32,000 bases of DNA from Bacillus subtilis subsp. subtilis str. 168 (GCF_000009045.1 NC_000964.3:3300001-3332000); one strand, 5' to 3'; shown: positions 10,763-21,454, numbered from the stretch's first letter. The notes: generated by a model from the sequence alone, not told the origin. Translations and numbers: made by a program.

Positions 10763-12736
10763 TTAGAGATGTTGATCAAACCATGAGCTGATATAATTCA
10801 GGCGCTTGATCCGCTGTCTTGGGTGTCCGGTGCGTGATAAATTGTGCGATGCATTCGGAAAACGGACAAGCTTGGTTTCCTTGCCCATTTTTTTCAGAGC
10901 GATAAACAGCTGCTCCGCCTGCTCGATCGGGCATCGGTCATCCCGCTCGCCATGCAGTATCAAAAGCGGTGTCTCCACGTTTGCTGCGTATTTTAAAGGA
11001 GACCGGTCCCAGAGCTTTTCTGTGTCCTCAAACATGTCATGCTCAAGCTGCCAGTCTGTAAAGAAATAGCCGATATCACTGACGCCGTGAAAGCTGATCC
11101 AATTTGATATCGAGCGCTGGGTAACGGCAGCTTTAAAGCGGTTCGTCTGCCCGACGATCCAGTTGGTCATAAAACCTCCGTAGCTTCCGCCCGTGACACC
11201 GAGCCGCTTAGGATCAATATGCGGATCTCGTTTGATAGCCTCATCCACAGCCTGCATCACATCGTCATAATCCTTTCCCCCATAATCTCCTCTGACCGCA
11301 TTCACAAATTCCTGCCCGTAGCCGTGGCTTCCTCTCGGATTGATATAAACGACCGCGTATCCTTTCGCCGCCAGCACCTGAAACTCATGAAAATATGTAT
11401 GTCCGTACATCATATGCGGACCGCCGTGTATGTTAAGAATAAGTGGATATGTTGTCTCACCTTCCATTTGTGCAGGCCTCATCAGCCAGCCGTTCACCAT
11501 CACGCCGTCTTCTGTAGCATATTGAATCTCTTCAGGTATTGATATCGTATGCTCCCTGACAAACTTGTCATTCGCGCCAGTCAGCTGTTTCTCTTCCTGT
11601 CCAAGCGGGATACTGTAAAGCTCACTCGGTCTGTCCGGCTTTGTCACACTGGCAATAAAGTGCTGTTCATCAGGTGAAAGAGAAAAGCTATTGATGTACT
11701 CTTTTTCCAGACGAATCGGATACACAAGGCCTTCAATCGAAATATAATAGATGCCCGTACTGCCTTGATCTGTGCCGATGACATAAAACCCTTGGCTGTC
11801 CTTTGTCCAAATCGGGCGCTGTTCAGCACCACCGATCAATGAATCTCCAATCAGCGCATCCGCTAAATGAACGTCCAGCATCTCAGTAAGACATGTGAGG
11901 CGGCCTTGTTCGATATCATAGAGCCACGCCTTTGAGAGCGTAGCATTCTTATATTCCTTTTCATTTCCAAGCAAAGCAAGATACCTTCCGTCTGGTGAAA
12001 ATGAGCTTGATCCGAATGAGCCGCGATGAGGTGTAACCTGCTTAAGATCTCCAGACTCCAGTGACATTATGTAAACATCATGCGGCTTGCTGGCATCATC
12101 TGTTTCAGTTAAATTAGCTGAGAAAACAAGCCATTTGCCGTCAGGAGAAAAAGCAGGATCACCATGATCAGCTTTGTGACTTGTCAGCTCTTTCATCTCA
12201 CCCGACTTTACGCTGACAAGCACAAGCTGGGCATACGCACCTCTCGTCAGCCCTTTGCCGTCCCGTTTGTAGGAGAGGCCTTGCACTTCAACAGGTTCAT
12301 AGCTGTCCTGCTCTGTTTTTTCTCGGTCATCAATGCTTTCCCCCTCTCCCAAACTGACAGTGACCAGAATCGATTCACCGTCCGGGGACCATAGCGGCTT
12401 TGACACGCCATATGGGATATCAGTCAGTTTTCTTGCTTCTCCGCCTTCAGTGCTCATGATATAAAGCTGTGCCGCATCGCCTTCTCGATCAGAAATAAAG
12501 GCAAGCGTGCGCCCGTCCGGAGACCATCTTGGGTCGGTGCTTCGCTTTTCTCCATGTGTCCAAGGAACAGATCCTCCCGTTTTCGTTTCATAGATCCATA
12601 TATTTGATGTATACGAATCTTTCTCTTGATTTACTTGTGATTTTACATATGCGGCACGGGTACCGTCTGGGGCGTATTGAGGATCGGTCACAGAGACAAT
12701 CGCTGTGATGTCGTCTGCGGTTATCAGCTTTTTCAT
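10763..12736 (-). CDS. yuxL: S9 family acyl-peptide hydrolase/prolyl oligopeptidase-like YuxL (657 aa)
   Basis: WD40/TolB-like beta-propeller repeats (SPDGK/SPDGR) plus C-terminal alpha/beta hydrolase with GGSYGGF nucleophile motif, HGGPH and C-terminal NASH region. SD GGAGGAG. Confidence 0.92.
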   Translation of the reverse strand: MKKLITADDITAIVSVTDPQYAPDGTRAAYVKSQVNQEKDSYTSNIWIYETKTGGSVPWTHGEKRSTDPRWSPDGRTLAFISDREGDAAQLYIMSTEGGEARKLTDIPYGVSKPLWSPDGESILVTVSLGEGESIDDREKTEQDSYEPVEVQGLSYKRDGKGLTRGAYAQLVLVSVKSGEMKELTSHKADHGDPAFSPDGKWLVFSANLTETDDASKPHDVYIMSLESGDLKQVTPHRGSFGSSSFSPDGRYLALLGNEKEYKNATLSKAWLYDIEQGRLTCLTEMLDVHLADALIGDSLIGGAEQRPIWTKDSQGFYVIGTDQGSTGIYYISIEGLVYPIRLEKEYINSFSLSPDEQHFIASVTKPDRPSELYSIPLGQEEKQLTGANDKFVREHTISIPEEIQYATEDGVMVNGWLMRPAQMEGETTYPLILNIHGGPHMMYGHTYFHEFQVLAAKGYAVVYINPRGSHGYGQEFVNAVRGDYGGKDYDDVMQAVDEAIKRDPHIDPKRLGVTGGSYGGFMTNWIVGQTNRFKAAVTQRSISNWISFHGVSDIGYFFTDWQLEHDMFEDTEKLWDRSPLKYAANVETPLLILHGERDDRCPIEQAEQLFIALKKMGKETKLVRFPNASHNLSRTGHPRQRIKRLNYISSWFDQHL

Positions 12737-12798
12737 ATTCATCTCCTCCTTTTTACATGTATTTCGTTTTTCTAAATAAAAACTCCTTTATCTCCAGC

Positions 12799-12836
12799 AA
12801 AAAAAAGCGCCCTCCGCTGACGCTGAGGAACGCTTG
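12799..12836 (-). terminator. hom-thrC-thrB operon terminator
   Basis: Minus strand AAGCGTTCCTCAGC-GTCA-GCGGAGGGCGCTTTTTTTT. Confidence 0.75.
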
Positions 12837-12843
12837 GCATGAT

Positions 12844-13773
12844 CTATACACTTTTTACTTGATATAAAGGATTTCGCTCTATTATACTTCCCTCTTTCGG
12901 AACGGTCAAAGCGTCTACTTCACAATGAGGGAAATGAAGCGCGAGCTGTTCTTTTAGCTCTTCTCCCTTTCCTTTTTCGGTCATGACGAGAATCGTTGGG
13001 CCTGCTCCGCTGAGAGCCGTTCCATATGCGCCCTTCATCTCGGCGACGTGCTCTACTTTTGACAGCTCAGGCACAAGCATCGCCCGGTACGGCTGATGGA
13101 ACATATCCTTCTTCATGATTTTCCCGACAAGCGGCCAATCCTTGGACATGATCGCAGCAATGAGGATATTGCTGACAGCACTTGCTTTTACGGCATCGGC
13201 ATATGGAAACTCCTTCGGAAGCACGTCTCTCGCGTCTCTTGTCAGCACTTCATAAAAAGGAATGACAACGACTACGTCAATGTCAGCATTCGGGACGCGG
13301 ATCATTTGGGTCTCGTCATCCTCATGCAGGCCGATCACAAGTCCGCCGACGAGAGAAGCGCCAGCATTGTCCGGGTGTCCTTCTTCTAGACTCGCTAAAT
13401 GCAGCTTGTCCGCTTCAGACAGCTTTAAGCCGCATAATTCATCAGCCAGTTCAATGGCCGCTACAATCGCTGCGGCGCTGCTGCCAAGGCCGCGTGCAAG
13501 CGGGATGTCGCTCCACACCTTCACATGGACAGGAGGCATTTCTTTTCCGTACAAATCTGCGGTCCGTTTAGCCACTTGGTAGATCAGGTTATCTGTACCC
13601 GCCGGAATTCCGGCGACTGTTTCTGTTTCAGCCTCAAAAGACCATTTGTCGCTTTCAAAGACGGTCAGCTTCAAATATCTGCTGAGCGCCATTCCGACTG
13701 AATCAAAGCCGGGGCCTAGGTTAGCTGTGCTTCCGGGAACAGTGACAGAGAACAGCATGTCGGCTTCGTTCAT
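12844..13773 (-). CDS. thrB: Homoserine kinase (309 aa)
   Basis: GHMP kinase motif [17 protein letters not shown] overlap with the thrC stop. Confidence 0.96.
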
Positions 13774-14828
13774 ACACGGGCCGCTCCTTTTACATATTCA
13801 AGGATGCTGTCTTCATCAGTCGGCAATGTGACAGGCTTGATTTCTGAAATGTCGACCGCTGTGTTCGGATCTTTCAGTCCGTTTCCTGTTAACACAGCTA
13901 CGACCTTGCTGCCTTTCGGAATTTCTCCGGATTTCACCTGTTTCAGCACTCCTGCGATAGACGCGCAAGAACCTGGTTCTGCAAACACGCCTTCTACACG
14001 GGCGATCAGCTGATATGCGTGAAGGATTTCATCATCAGTGACTTCGTCAATTTTCCCATTGGATTCCTCGGCTGCCTTTACAGCTTTGTCCCAGCTTGCC
14101 GGGTTTCCGATACGAATGGCTGTCGCTATTGTTTCCGGATTTTCAATCACTTCATTGCGCACGATTGCCGCCGCACCCTCAGCTTCAAAGCCGCGCATTT
14201 TCGGAAGGCCTGTGCCGTTTTTCTCATGATATTCCTTGAAGCCCTTCCAGTACGCAGTGATGTTTCCAGCATTTCCGACCGGGATCGCTAAAACATCAGG
14301 CGCTTCCCCCAGCTGTTCGCACACTTCGAAGGCAGCAGTTTTTTGGCCTTCAATGCGGTAAGGGTTGACTGAGTTGACAAGGGCAATCGGTGATTTCTCA
14401 CAGATGGAACGGACAATTTTAAGCGCATCGTCAAAGTTTCCGTCAATTGCGATAATCTCGGCTCCGTACATGACAGCTTGAGCGAGTTTTCCAAATGCAA
14501 TTTTTCCGTTCGGGATGATGACAATGCATTTCATGTTAGCACGGGCTGCATATGCTGCCGCAGCAGCGGAAGTGTTACCTGTTGACGCGCACATAATCGT
14601 GTCATTGCCTTCTTCTTTTGCCTTTGCCACAGCCATAACCATTCCGCGATCTTTAAATGATCCCGTAGGATTGACGCCTTCCGTTTTGACATGAAGCTCA
14701 ATTCCGAGCTGCTCAGACAGCTTCGGCAGGTGAATAAGAGGTGTGTTTCCTTCATGTAAAGTTAGCGCCGGTGTTTGATCTGTTACAGGTAAAAATTCTT
14801 TATATTGATGGATAAGTCCTTTCCACAT
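13770..14828 (-). CDS. thrC: Threonine synthase (352 aa)
   Basis: PLP-lysine motif [11 protein letters not shown]. Start at [14 protein letters not shown] overlap with hom. Confidence 0.97.
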
Positions 14829-16129
14829 TAGCTCCAACCGTTCCCTTCTACACGATATGTGCTTTTGACTTCTTGAACGACTTCCAAATCATTTAGGTTT
14901 TGCAGGATATCACTGAAATCAGCTTCTGATGTATGATGTGTGACAATTACGATTTCAGCTAACTCATCATGGCCTTTAATTGGCAGCTGAAGGATTTTTT
15001 CAAAGCTCACGCCCCGCTCTGAGAACACAGATGTAATTTTCGAGAATGAACCAACCTCATCTTTTACATGAATTCTTAAAAACTGCTGTGCATAAATGTC
15101 AGACGGCGATTTCATGTTTTTCTCATATTGCGGTCCGACAAAGCTGTTGCCGGTTACACCTAGGCGCATATTTTTCATGACAGCGACGAGGTCAGAAACA
15201 ACGGATGTCGCTGTCGGCATGCTTCCGGCTCCCGGCCCGTAGAACATCGTCTCACCGACAGCCTCGCCGTATACATAAACAGCGTTAAACTCATTATGAA
15301 CAGCAGAAAGCGGATGATGGTCAGGAAGCAGTGTCGGCTGTACGCTGACCTCGATTTTGCTGCCGTCACGCTGAGCAATCCCGATCAGCTTCATTGTATA
15401 GCCGAGGCGTTTGCTGAAGCTGATGTCCTCGTCTGTAATTTGGGAGATCCCCTTTACTTTGACGTCTTCCAGATCCACGTTCATCGAGAAGCCGAGGCGC
15501 GCCAATATCGCCATTTTCCGTGCGGCGTCAAGCCCTTCCACGTCAGAAGTCGGATCAGCTTCGGCAAAACCGAGATCCTGCGCTTCCTTGAGCACTTCCT
15601 CGTATGGGCTTTTCTCTTTGATCATTTTGGTTAAGATAAAGTTTGTTGTGCCGTTCACAATTCCCATCATTTTTGTAATTCGATCTGATGAGAGGCCTTC
15701 CTCTAACGTGCGCAGAATCGGAATCCCGCCGGCAACACTGGCTTCAAAGTAGATATCGCATCCATTTTCCTTCGCTTCGGCAAGCAGCTCGGAGCCGTAC
15801 ACAGCCATTAAGTCCTTGTTTGCTGTGACAACATGCTTTTTCGATCTCAGCGCGTCGACCAAATATTGTTTTGTCTGTTCAACGCCGCCGATCACCTCGA
15901 TGACGACATCAACATCTGGATCATCAATGACATCATACACTTCTGTCGTGAGCACTTCCTTCGGCAAATCTACTTCTCTCTTTTTCTCTAAATCTTTTAC
16001 AAGCACTTTTTTTATCGTAACCGGACAGCCGACCTGATGCATAAGCTTATCCTGATGGTCTTGAATAATTTTAACGACACCGCTTCCGACGGTACCTAAA
16101 CCTAAAAGCCCTACACGAATCGCTTTCAA
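14828..16129 (-). CDS. hom: Homoserine dehydrogenase with C-terminal ACT domain (433 aa)
   Basis: [11 protein letters not shown]-binding motif. TTG start after SD AAGGTGGAG. ACT-like region [12 protein letters not shown]. Confidence 0.97.
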   Translation of the reverse strand: MKAIRVGLLGLGTVGSGVVKIIQDHQDKLMHQVGCPVTIKKVLVKDLEKKREVDLPKEVLTTEVYDVIDDPDVDVVIEVIGGVEQTKQYLVDALRSKKHVVTANKDLMAVYGSELLAEAKENGCDIYFEASVAGGIPILRTLEEGLSSDRITKMMGIVNGTTNFILTKMIKEKSPYEEVLKEAQDLGFAEADPTSDVEGLDAARKMAILARLGFSMNVDLEDVKVKGISQITDEDISFSKRLGYTMKLIGIAQRDGSKIEVSVQPTLLPDHHPLSAVHNEFNAVYVYGEAVGETMFYGPGAGSMPTATSVVSDLVAVMKNMRLGVTGNSFVGPQYEKNMKSPSDIYAQQFLRIHVKDEVGSFSKITSVFSERGVSFEKILQLPIKGHDELAEIVIVTHHTSEADFSDILQNLNDLEVVQEVKSTYRVEGNGWS

Positions 16130-16151
16130 AAAAACTCCACCTTTCTTTTGA

Positions 16152-16174
16152 TTGTCCTCTTGGAAAAGACAATT
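16152..16174. promoter_or_regulatory. Inverted repeat in the hom 5' leader
   Basis: ATTGTC-N11-GACAAT between the predicted transcription start and the hom start codon. Confidence 0.45.
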
Positions 16175-16207
16175 GTTAACTCAACACAGACATATAAGTT
16201 ACAAACA

Positions 16208-16236
16208 TTATATAAGCCCGCTCCTGTTTTGACAAG
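16208..16236 (-). promoter_or_regulatory. Sigma-A promoter of hom-thrC-thrB
   Basis: Minus strand TTGTCA - 17 bp - TATAAT. Confidence 0.8.
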
Positions 16237-16329
16237 ACATCATTAGGCTGAATTTTGCGAATGTAAACGCTTAACGCATTGATATGACAAGATTCTTTAT
16301 TTTCTAATTATTTTTGTCAGATTTTCTCC

Positions 16330-17349
16330 TCACCTTGAGCTGCCTTTGCCGAGCCAGCTGACGCGTGGAACAAACAGCTTCTGCGCCCGCATATTCATGA
16401 ATTCCTGCGCTGTATTGAGAAATTGTTCATAACGCCCACAGTCATTAAGAATGAAGTCAAGCTGTTCTTCAAAATAATGCTTTTCTGATTCTGATGACAT
16501 GTAATAGCTTTCTACGATTTCAAAATAATGAAGCGGGAAAAGCAGACGGCTGTATAAAAGGCGTTTCGAAAATGAAGACAGCGGTGTGACTTGCTCGTAT
16601 TCCTGTAAAAAGAGAAAGCCCTGCTGATTAAAATCTTGTCTGTGATGCAAAAACGTATGCCTCATATATTCAGCCAAATCACGGGAAGCGTGGTCAAACA
16701 CCCAATCCGCCGGAATCCTGATCAATGATTCCGGTGACCATGTATGCCTTTCCATCCGCTGATGGCATATCGTTCCTGAATCAGCGGCTTGGGGCTTGTC
16801 ATCCAGCTCAGTGTCCACTAAATATTGTATCGCGTTTTCTGACAGTCCTAAATAATATGGAAATGATTCGATCATTTTTTTATCGAATGGCTCATGCGGA
16901 GGGGTCTGAACCTTTCTCTGCCAAAATGCTTCCAGCTGATCAATTCGTTTTCCCCACAGATCCTTCCACTGGCCGATTCTTCCGGCCGCCTTCACCTCAT
17001 ATGGATATCCTCGGCCTTTTCGGTGAAATTCCGCAAGCTCCGCTCCAATGGAGAACGCCCTGTTTGAATAAGGGGGGGCCGCCTTCAGCAGAGCGTACGT
17101 TTTTCCCTCATGTTCAAATGTCAGTTCACCTTCTTTTGTAAAGATAAAAACCGAAACGTATGGGTCACTTTGTTCTTGTAAATACTGACTCATGTAATAA
17201 AGCTCCGCCAGCTCTGTTTCTGAGAATTGGGAAACGGGGACAATCAGAAAGTATGAATTAGGCGTCTGAAAGCATTGATATGTGTGCTGGTACATGGAAA
17301 GCTGCCTGATGTGAATGCCGTATTTTTCTTTTATTGTACCTTTCACCAT
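16330..17349 (-). CDS. yutH: YutH, spore coat-associated protein with CotS-like kinase-fold similarity (339 aa)
   Basis: Recognised by position downstream of the yutG divergence and by sequence; SD AGGTGA before the ATG at 17349. Confidence 0.8.
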   Translation of the reverse strand: MVKGTIKEKYGIHIRQLSMYQHTYQCFQTPNSYFLIVPVSQFSETELAELYYMSQYLQEQSDPYVSVFIFTKEGELTFEHEGKTYALLKAAPPYSNRAFSIGAELAEFHRKGRGYPYEVKAAGRIGQWKDLWGKRIDQLEAFWQRKVQTPPHEPFDKKMIESFPYYLGLSENAIQYLVDTELDDKPQAADSGTICHQRMERHTWSPESLIRIPADWVFDHASRDLAEYMRHTFLHHRQDFNQQGFLFLQEYEQVTPLSSFSKRLLYSRLLFPLHYFEIVESYYMSSESEKHYFEEQLDFILNDCGRYEQFLNTAQEFMNMRAQKLFVPRVSWLGKGSSR

Positions 17350-17501
17350 GATCACCTGCCTGTTGAATTAGGGCTCATCACATCGTAGTCATACACAGCC
17401 GGAATTATGAATACATATTTTAATCCGAAGAAGGCGCAAGAAAAAGTCGTAAACTTCTCAAGCATTTTGTATAAACTAGTAAAAAAGATTGGGTGAAGCT
17501 G

Positions 17502-18002
17502 ATGTCAGAAAACGAACAATTCAGTCAGATGGAAGCTAAAGCAAGAGCACGGATGAAGGAGCGCGGCGTTGAGGTATCAGACATTGCCGAGCTTGTCTTT
17601 TTTCTGCAGAAAAAATATCATCCGGATTTAACCATTGATGAATGCACGCTGAACGTCAATCGTGTTCTCGCAAAACGCGAGGTGCAAAACGCGATTTTAA
17701 CGGGCATTGAATTGGATGTTCTTGCTGAGCAGAAAAAATTGTCTGAACCGCTGCAAACGATGCTGGAAATAGATGAAAGCCTATATGGAGTAGATGAAGT
17801 TCTGGCATTTTCCATTGTGAACATTTACGGATCGATCGGGTTTACGAACTACGGTTACATCGACAAAGAAAAACCCGGAATCCTTAAACGATTGAATGAT
17901 AAATCAACCGGTGAATGCCATACCTTTTTAGATGACATCGTCGGAGCGATTTCCGCCGCGGCTTCAAGCAGACTTGCTCACCGCGCGCGGCATACAGAAT
18001 AA
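17502..18002 (+). CDS. yutG: Phosphatidylglycerophosphatase A-like protein YutG (166 aa)
   Basis: PgpA-like composition; region NIYGSIGFTNYGYIDKEKPGI. SD-like GGGTGA before the ATG. Confidence 0.8.
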   Translation: MSENEQFSQMEAKARARMKERGVEVSDIAELVFFLQKKYHPDLTIDECTLNVNRVLAKREVQNAILTGIELDVLAEQKKLSEPLQTMLEIDESLYGVDEVLAFSIVNIYGSIGFTNYGYIDKEKPGILKRLNDKSTGECHTFLDDIVGAISAAASSRLAHRARHTE

Positions 18003-18030
18003 GGGCACCCTTTTAGGGCGCCCTTTTTTC
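18003..18030. terminator. Terminator between convergent yutG and yutF
   Basis: AAGGGCACCC-TTTTA-GGGCGCCCTTTTTT imperfect hairpin. Confidence 0.65.
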
Positions 18031-18799
18031 AAATGTATGGAATCCATTCAGTCAGAGAGTCAATGGCGTGAGTCGGTTTTTCCATATCGTCTGTCATATG
18101 TTCTCTTTTCGTTACGCCTGTGTGAACGAGCAGCGTATCCATACCCGCGTTAATGCCGGCCATAATATCAGTGGCGTAGTTGTCGCCGACCATGAGTGTT
18201 TCAGACACATCTGTGCCGAGAACGCGCATCGCCTGCTCCATAATAATTGATTCCGGCTTGCCGATAAATACAGGCTGTACACCTGTAGATACGGTTAACA
18301 CCGATGTCAGTGAGCCGTTTCCCGGCAGGAGCCCTCTTTCAGTCGGAATCGCAATATCTCCGTTAGTGGAAATAAAGCGGGCGCCATTTCTGATTGCCAG
18401 GCAGCCAACAGCAAATTTTTCGTATGTAATGGAACGGTCGATGCCAACAACGACAAAATCCGCGTTTTCTCCGCCAAATGTCAGGCCGTTTTCTTCAATC
18501 GCCTGGCGGATTCCTTCCTCCCCAATCACATACACAGACGCGTCTTTTTTCTGCTGTGCAATGTGCTGGGCAGTTGCCATGCTGGTCGTGAAGACCTGCT
18601 CTTCTGTTGCCGGAATATCAAAAGACACGAGCTTGTCCGCTACCTGCTTCGGTGTGCGCGAAGAGTTGTTTGTCACGAAAAGATAAGGAACGCCGCGATC
18701 TTTCAGCGTTCTGACAAATTCACACGCCTCCTCGATTTTTTCCGTGCCATTGTACATCGTTCCGTCTAAATCAATTAAATACCCTTTATATGTTTTCAT
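18029..18799 (-). CDS. yutF: HAD-superfamily NagD-like phosphatase YutF (256 aa)
   Basis: HAD motif DLDGTMYNG, FVTNNSS, and GDNYATDIMAG. SD AGGAG. Confidence 0.92.
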   Translation of the reverse strand: MKTYKGYLIDLDGTMYNGTEKIEEACEFVRTLKDRGVPYLFVTNNSSRTPKQVADKLVSFDIPATEEQVFTTSMATAQHIAQQKKDASVYVIGEEGIRQAIEENGLTFGGENADFVVVGIDRSITYEKFAVGCLAIRNGARFISTNGDIAIPTERGLLPGNGSLTSVLTVSTGVQPVFIGKPESIIMEQAMRVLGTDVSETLMVGDNYATDIMAGINAGMDTLLVHTGVTKREHMTDDMEKPTHAIDSLTEWIPYI

Positions 18800-18827
18800 A
18801 TCCAACACTCCTGTGGCTTTCCAGTTG

Positions 18828-19262
18828 TTATTTAAACGCGGAAACAGGTCCTAGCTCTGTTTCCAAATAGCTTCTGATCCGTTTCGGGAAGTCCTGAAGA
18901 GCTGTTTGATGCGCCTTGATCAGCCTGTAAAGCTCGCCGCTGTCAGCGAGCAGATACTGTTGAACCAACGTTTTGCGGTAGGCGATCAATTTTTTGAGCT
19001 CATCACCCTCTTTTTCCGTGACAACTTTCTCATCAACAAGTATATCCATAATGTCGTCATAGCTGCCCGGGTCCCGCATAATAAAGCCGTCAATCATGTC
19101 ATTGCCTGTATCCAAAATGCATTCGATTAACAGATGGCCTATACGCTGAAGTGCCAATTCCCCGATTTCAGACTGCCAGTCTGTTTGTGAGTCAAATAGC
19201 GCCAGCTGGTGCTCGAAGAACCCTAGTGTTTTTTCGATTTTGCTTCTGTCAACAAAATACAT
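18828..19262 (-). CDS. yutE: DUF86/HepT-like family protein YutE (144 aa)
   Basis: All-helical small protein with YRKTLVQQY, the RX4-6Y-like HepT motif region. Confidence 0.8.
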   Translation of the reverse strand: MYFVDRSKIEKTLGFFEHQLALFDSQTDWQSEIGELALQRIGHLLIECILDTGNDMIDGFIMRDPGSYDDIMDILVDEKVVTEKEGDELKKLIAYRKTLVQQYLLADSGELYRLIKAHQTALQDFPKRIRSYLETELGPVSAFK

Positions 19263-19285
19263 GACAGCATCCCCTTTGTGTATAT

Positions 19286-19561
19286 TTATTTTCTGATCCG
19301 TTTCAAGACAAAATACGCACAGCCGAAATTGCAGTATTCGTAAATATATTCATCTAATGTGCTGATTTTCGTTTCGAAGGTTGCCTTTTGATTCTGGTCG
19401 TCAAAGAAGCCCTTGAGCCTTAACTGACCGTATCCCCAGTCTCCCACAATATAATCGTATTTATTTAATATATCGGAGTAGCGGGCTTTAAAAGCCTCTT
19501 CGTTGAAGCCGTCTTTGAAATTGTGCACCAATTCAAATTCGGCATTTTGAATAAGAATCAT
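19286..19561 (-). CDS. yutD: YutD family protein, DUF1027 (91 aa with the SD-supported start; track gives 102 aa)
   Basis: Recognised sequence; strong SD AGAGGTGA directly before the ATG at 19561. Confidence 0.8.
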   Translation of the reverse strand: MILIQNAEFELVHNFKDGFNEEAFKARYSDILNKYDYIVGDWGYGQLRLKGFFDDQNQKATFETKISTLDEYIYEYCNFGCAYFVLKRIRK

Positions 19562-19675
19562 GATCTCACCTCTTTTTTCACTCATTCCTATCATAATTCA
19601 TTGCCCCGTCCCCATCAATTGCTAAAGAATAAATCATGCGATTTGGCTACCCTACACATGAGGAGGGATTGATAA

Positions 19676-20308
19676 ATGAAACGAACCGCTGTCAGCCTCT
19701 GCCTGCTGACCGGACTATTATCCGGGTGCGGAGGCGCAGGATTGGATAATGCCCAAAATGTCCGGAATCAGACGCAGAATCAAACCAAACCCATTCATGT
19801 GTCGGACCGCAACGAGGCTTTTAACAGGCATAATGAGAACGAACAATTTGGCTATGTCCGCTATCAAAAAGAACAATTTGACGGAGAACAGCAGAAAACG
19901 CCGGTGATGAACCGGGAAGAAACCGCTCACATGATATCAAGTTTAACGGTTCAGCTCCCCCATATTCAAGATGCTGCGACATTGGTGACTGACCGAGAAG
20001 CGCTTGTCGTATACAAAACCGATTCTAAAAACCGGGAGCTGACCGCCGATCAGGTGAAAAAAACAGCGGCTTCTGTGATACCGCGATACTATCACGTGTA
20101 TATTTCCGATAATCCAAACCATATGCAATCCGTCGAAAATTACAGCAATCTCGGCTCTGGTTCAAGGGATATTAGAGAGATCATGTCGGGGACGATTCAA
20201 GAAATGAAAACCTCCCCGCAAGGAAGCCCTGTCTCAGAGAATGAAAATGCCAATGGAGAAACGCGTCAGGACATGAAAATCGATAGGAATGACAAAAACG
20301 CCAGATGA
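19676..20308 (+). CDS. yutC: YutC, sporulation-associated lipoprotein of YhcN/YlaJ type (210 aa)
   Basis: Signal peptide with lipobox LLSGC; SD GAGGAGGG. Confidence 0.82.
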   Translation: MKRTAVSLCLLTGLLSGCGGAGLDNAQNVRNQTQNQTKPIHVSDRNEAFNRHNENEQFGYVRYQKEQFDGEQQKTPVMNREETAHMISSLTVQLPHIQDAATLVTDREALVVYKTDSKNRELTADQVKKTAASVIPRYYHVYISDNPNHMQSVENYSNLGSGSRDIREIMSGTIQEMKTSPQGSPVSENENANGETRQDMKIDRNDKNAR

Positions 20309-20319
20309 TCTGGCGTTTT
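20295..20319. terminator. Bidirectional terminator between yutC and lipA
   Basis: Perfect AAAACGCCAGA-TGA-TCTGGCGTTTT; the yutC stop TGA is the loop. Confidence 0.9.
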
Positions 20320-20323
20320 GGCA

Positions 20324-21220
20324 TTATGCTTGTGCTTGACGCTTTTTAGATGCTTCGTTTACTTGTTCATCCGCATGGTAAGAGGAACGGACAAGCGGAC
20401 CGGCTTCACAATGGCTGAAGCCTTTTTGCATCGCGATTTCTTTTAATTCTGCAAATTCATCAGGATGGTAGTATTTTTGGACTTTCAAGTGTTTCTTCGT
20501 CGGCTGCAGATATTGGCCGATTGCCATAATATCCACGTTGTTCGCCAAGAGGTCGTCCATTACTTCAATAATCTCTTCTTTTGTTTCGCCGAGTCCGATC
20601 ATGATACTTGATTTTGTCGGAATGTCAGGCTGCATTTCCTTCGCACGGCGCAAAAATTCCAATGAACGGTCGTACGTCGCACGCGCGCGGACTCTTGGCG
20701 TCAGGCGGCGAACCGTTTCGATATTGTGATTCAGGATGTCTGGGCGTGTATCCATCAAGGTTTTTAGGTTATCGTAGTTTCCGCCCATATCAGACGGCAG
20801 CACCTCAATTGTTGTGAACGGGCTTTTTCTGCGGATCGCACGGACAGTTTCCGCGAAAATGCCTGCCCCGCCATCTTTCTGATCGTCACGCGCAACAGCC
20901 GTAATGACCGCGTGTTTCAAATTCATAAGCGCGACTGAATCCGCTACGCGTTCCGGCTCTTGCAGATCAAGCTCAGTTGGAAGGCCTGTTTTGACAGCAC
21001 AGAAACGGCATGCTCTTGTACAAACAGAACCTAAAATCATAAATGTCGCTGTACGTCTGACCGCCCAGCATTCATGAATATTCGGACACTTTGCTTCTTC
21101 GCATACGGTATGCAGGTTGTTTTCCCGCATGAGTTTTTTGAGCCCTGTATAGTTTTCATTTGTATTTAATTTAATTTTAAGCCATTCGGGCTTTCTGAGG
21201 TGTTCGTCTTTCTTTGCCAA
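20324..21220 (-). CDS. lipA: Lipoyl synthase (298 aa)
   Basis: Radical-SAM motif CTRACRFC plus [12 protein letters not shown] auxiliary cluster motif. Confidence 0.97.
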   Translation of the reverse strand: MAKKDEHLRKPEWLKIKLNTNENYTGLKKLMRENNLHTVCEEAKCPNIHECWAVRRTATFMILGSVCTRACRFCAVKTGLPTELDLQEPERVADSVALMNLKHAVITAVARDDQKDGGAGIFAETVRAIRRKSPFTTIEVLPSDMGGNYDNLKTLMDTRPDILNHNIETVRRLTPRVRARATYDRSLEFLRRAKEMQPDIPTKSSIMIGLGETKEEIIEVMDDLLANNVDIMAIGQYLQPTKKHLKVQKYYHPDEFAELKEIAMQKGFSHCEAGPLVRSSYHADEQVNEASKKRQAQA

Positions 21221-21326
21221 TTCCCATCATCTCCAATATCCAATATACTCAATTTCTGACACGAAACATTCTGAAAACGAGAAAGGTGCAGGTTTTAGTT
21301 CTGCAACAAAAATAATGTTTTTCTAA

Positions 21327-21348
21327 CTAAAGAAAGTCTTTTCTTTAG
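21327..21348. repeat. 22-bp palindrome in the lipA/lytH divergent intergenic region
   Basis: CTAAAGAAA-GTCT-TTTCTTTAG, perfect 9-bp arms, not followed by a T-run on either side. Confidence 0.7.
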
Positions 21349-21454
21349 ACACTTTAACATAGGAAAAATTTCTCGACAAGGGAAGATGATTACTGACATT
21401 TTTAAGCCGGGTTGCCGCAAACTATGTGTATTCAATATGAAAGGAGATTATTTT

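Noticed and set aside
18828-19594. yutE-yutD as a HepT-type toxin-antitoxin pair
   Set aside because: YutD (DUF1027) has no MNT or other antitoxin features, and the locus is stable core genome. Only the solo HepT-like observation is retained.
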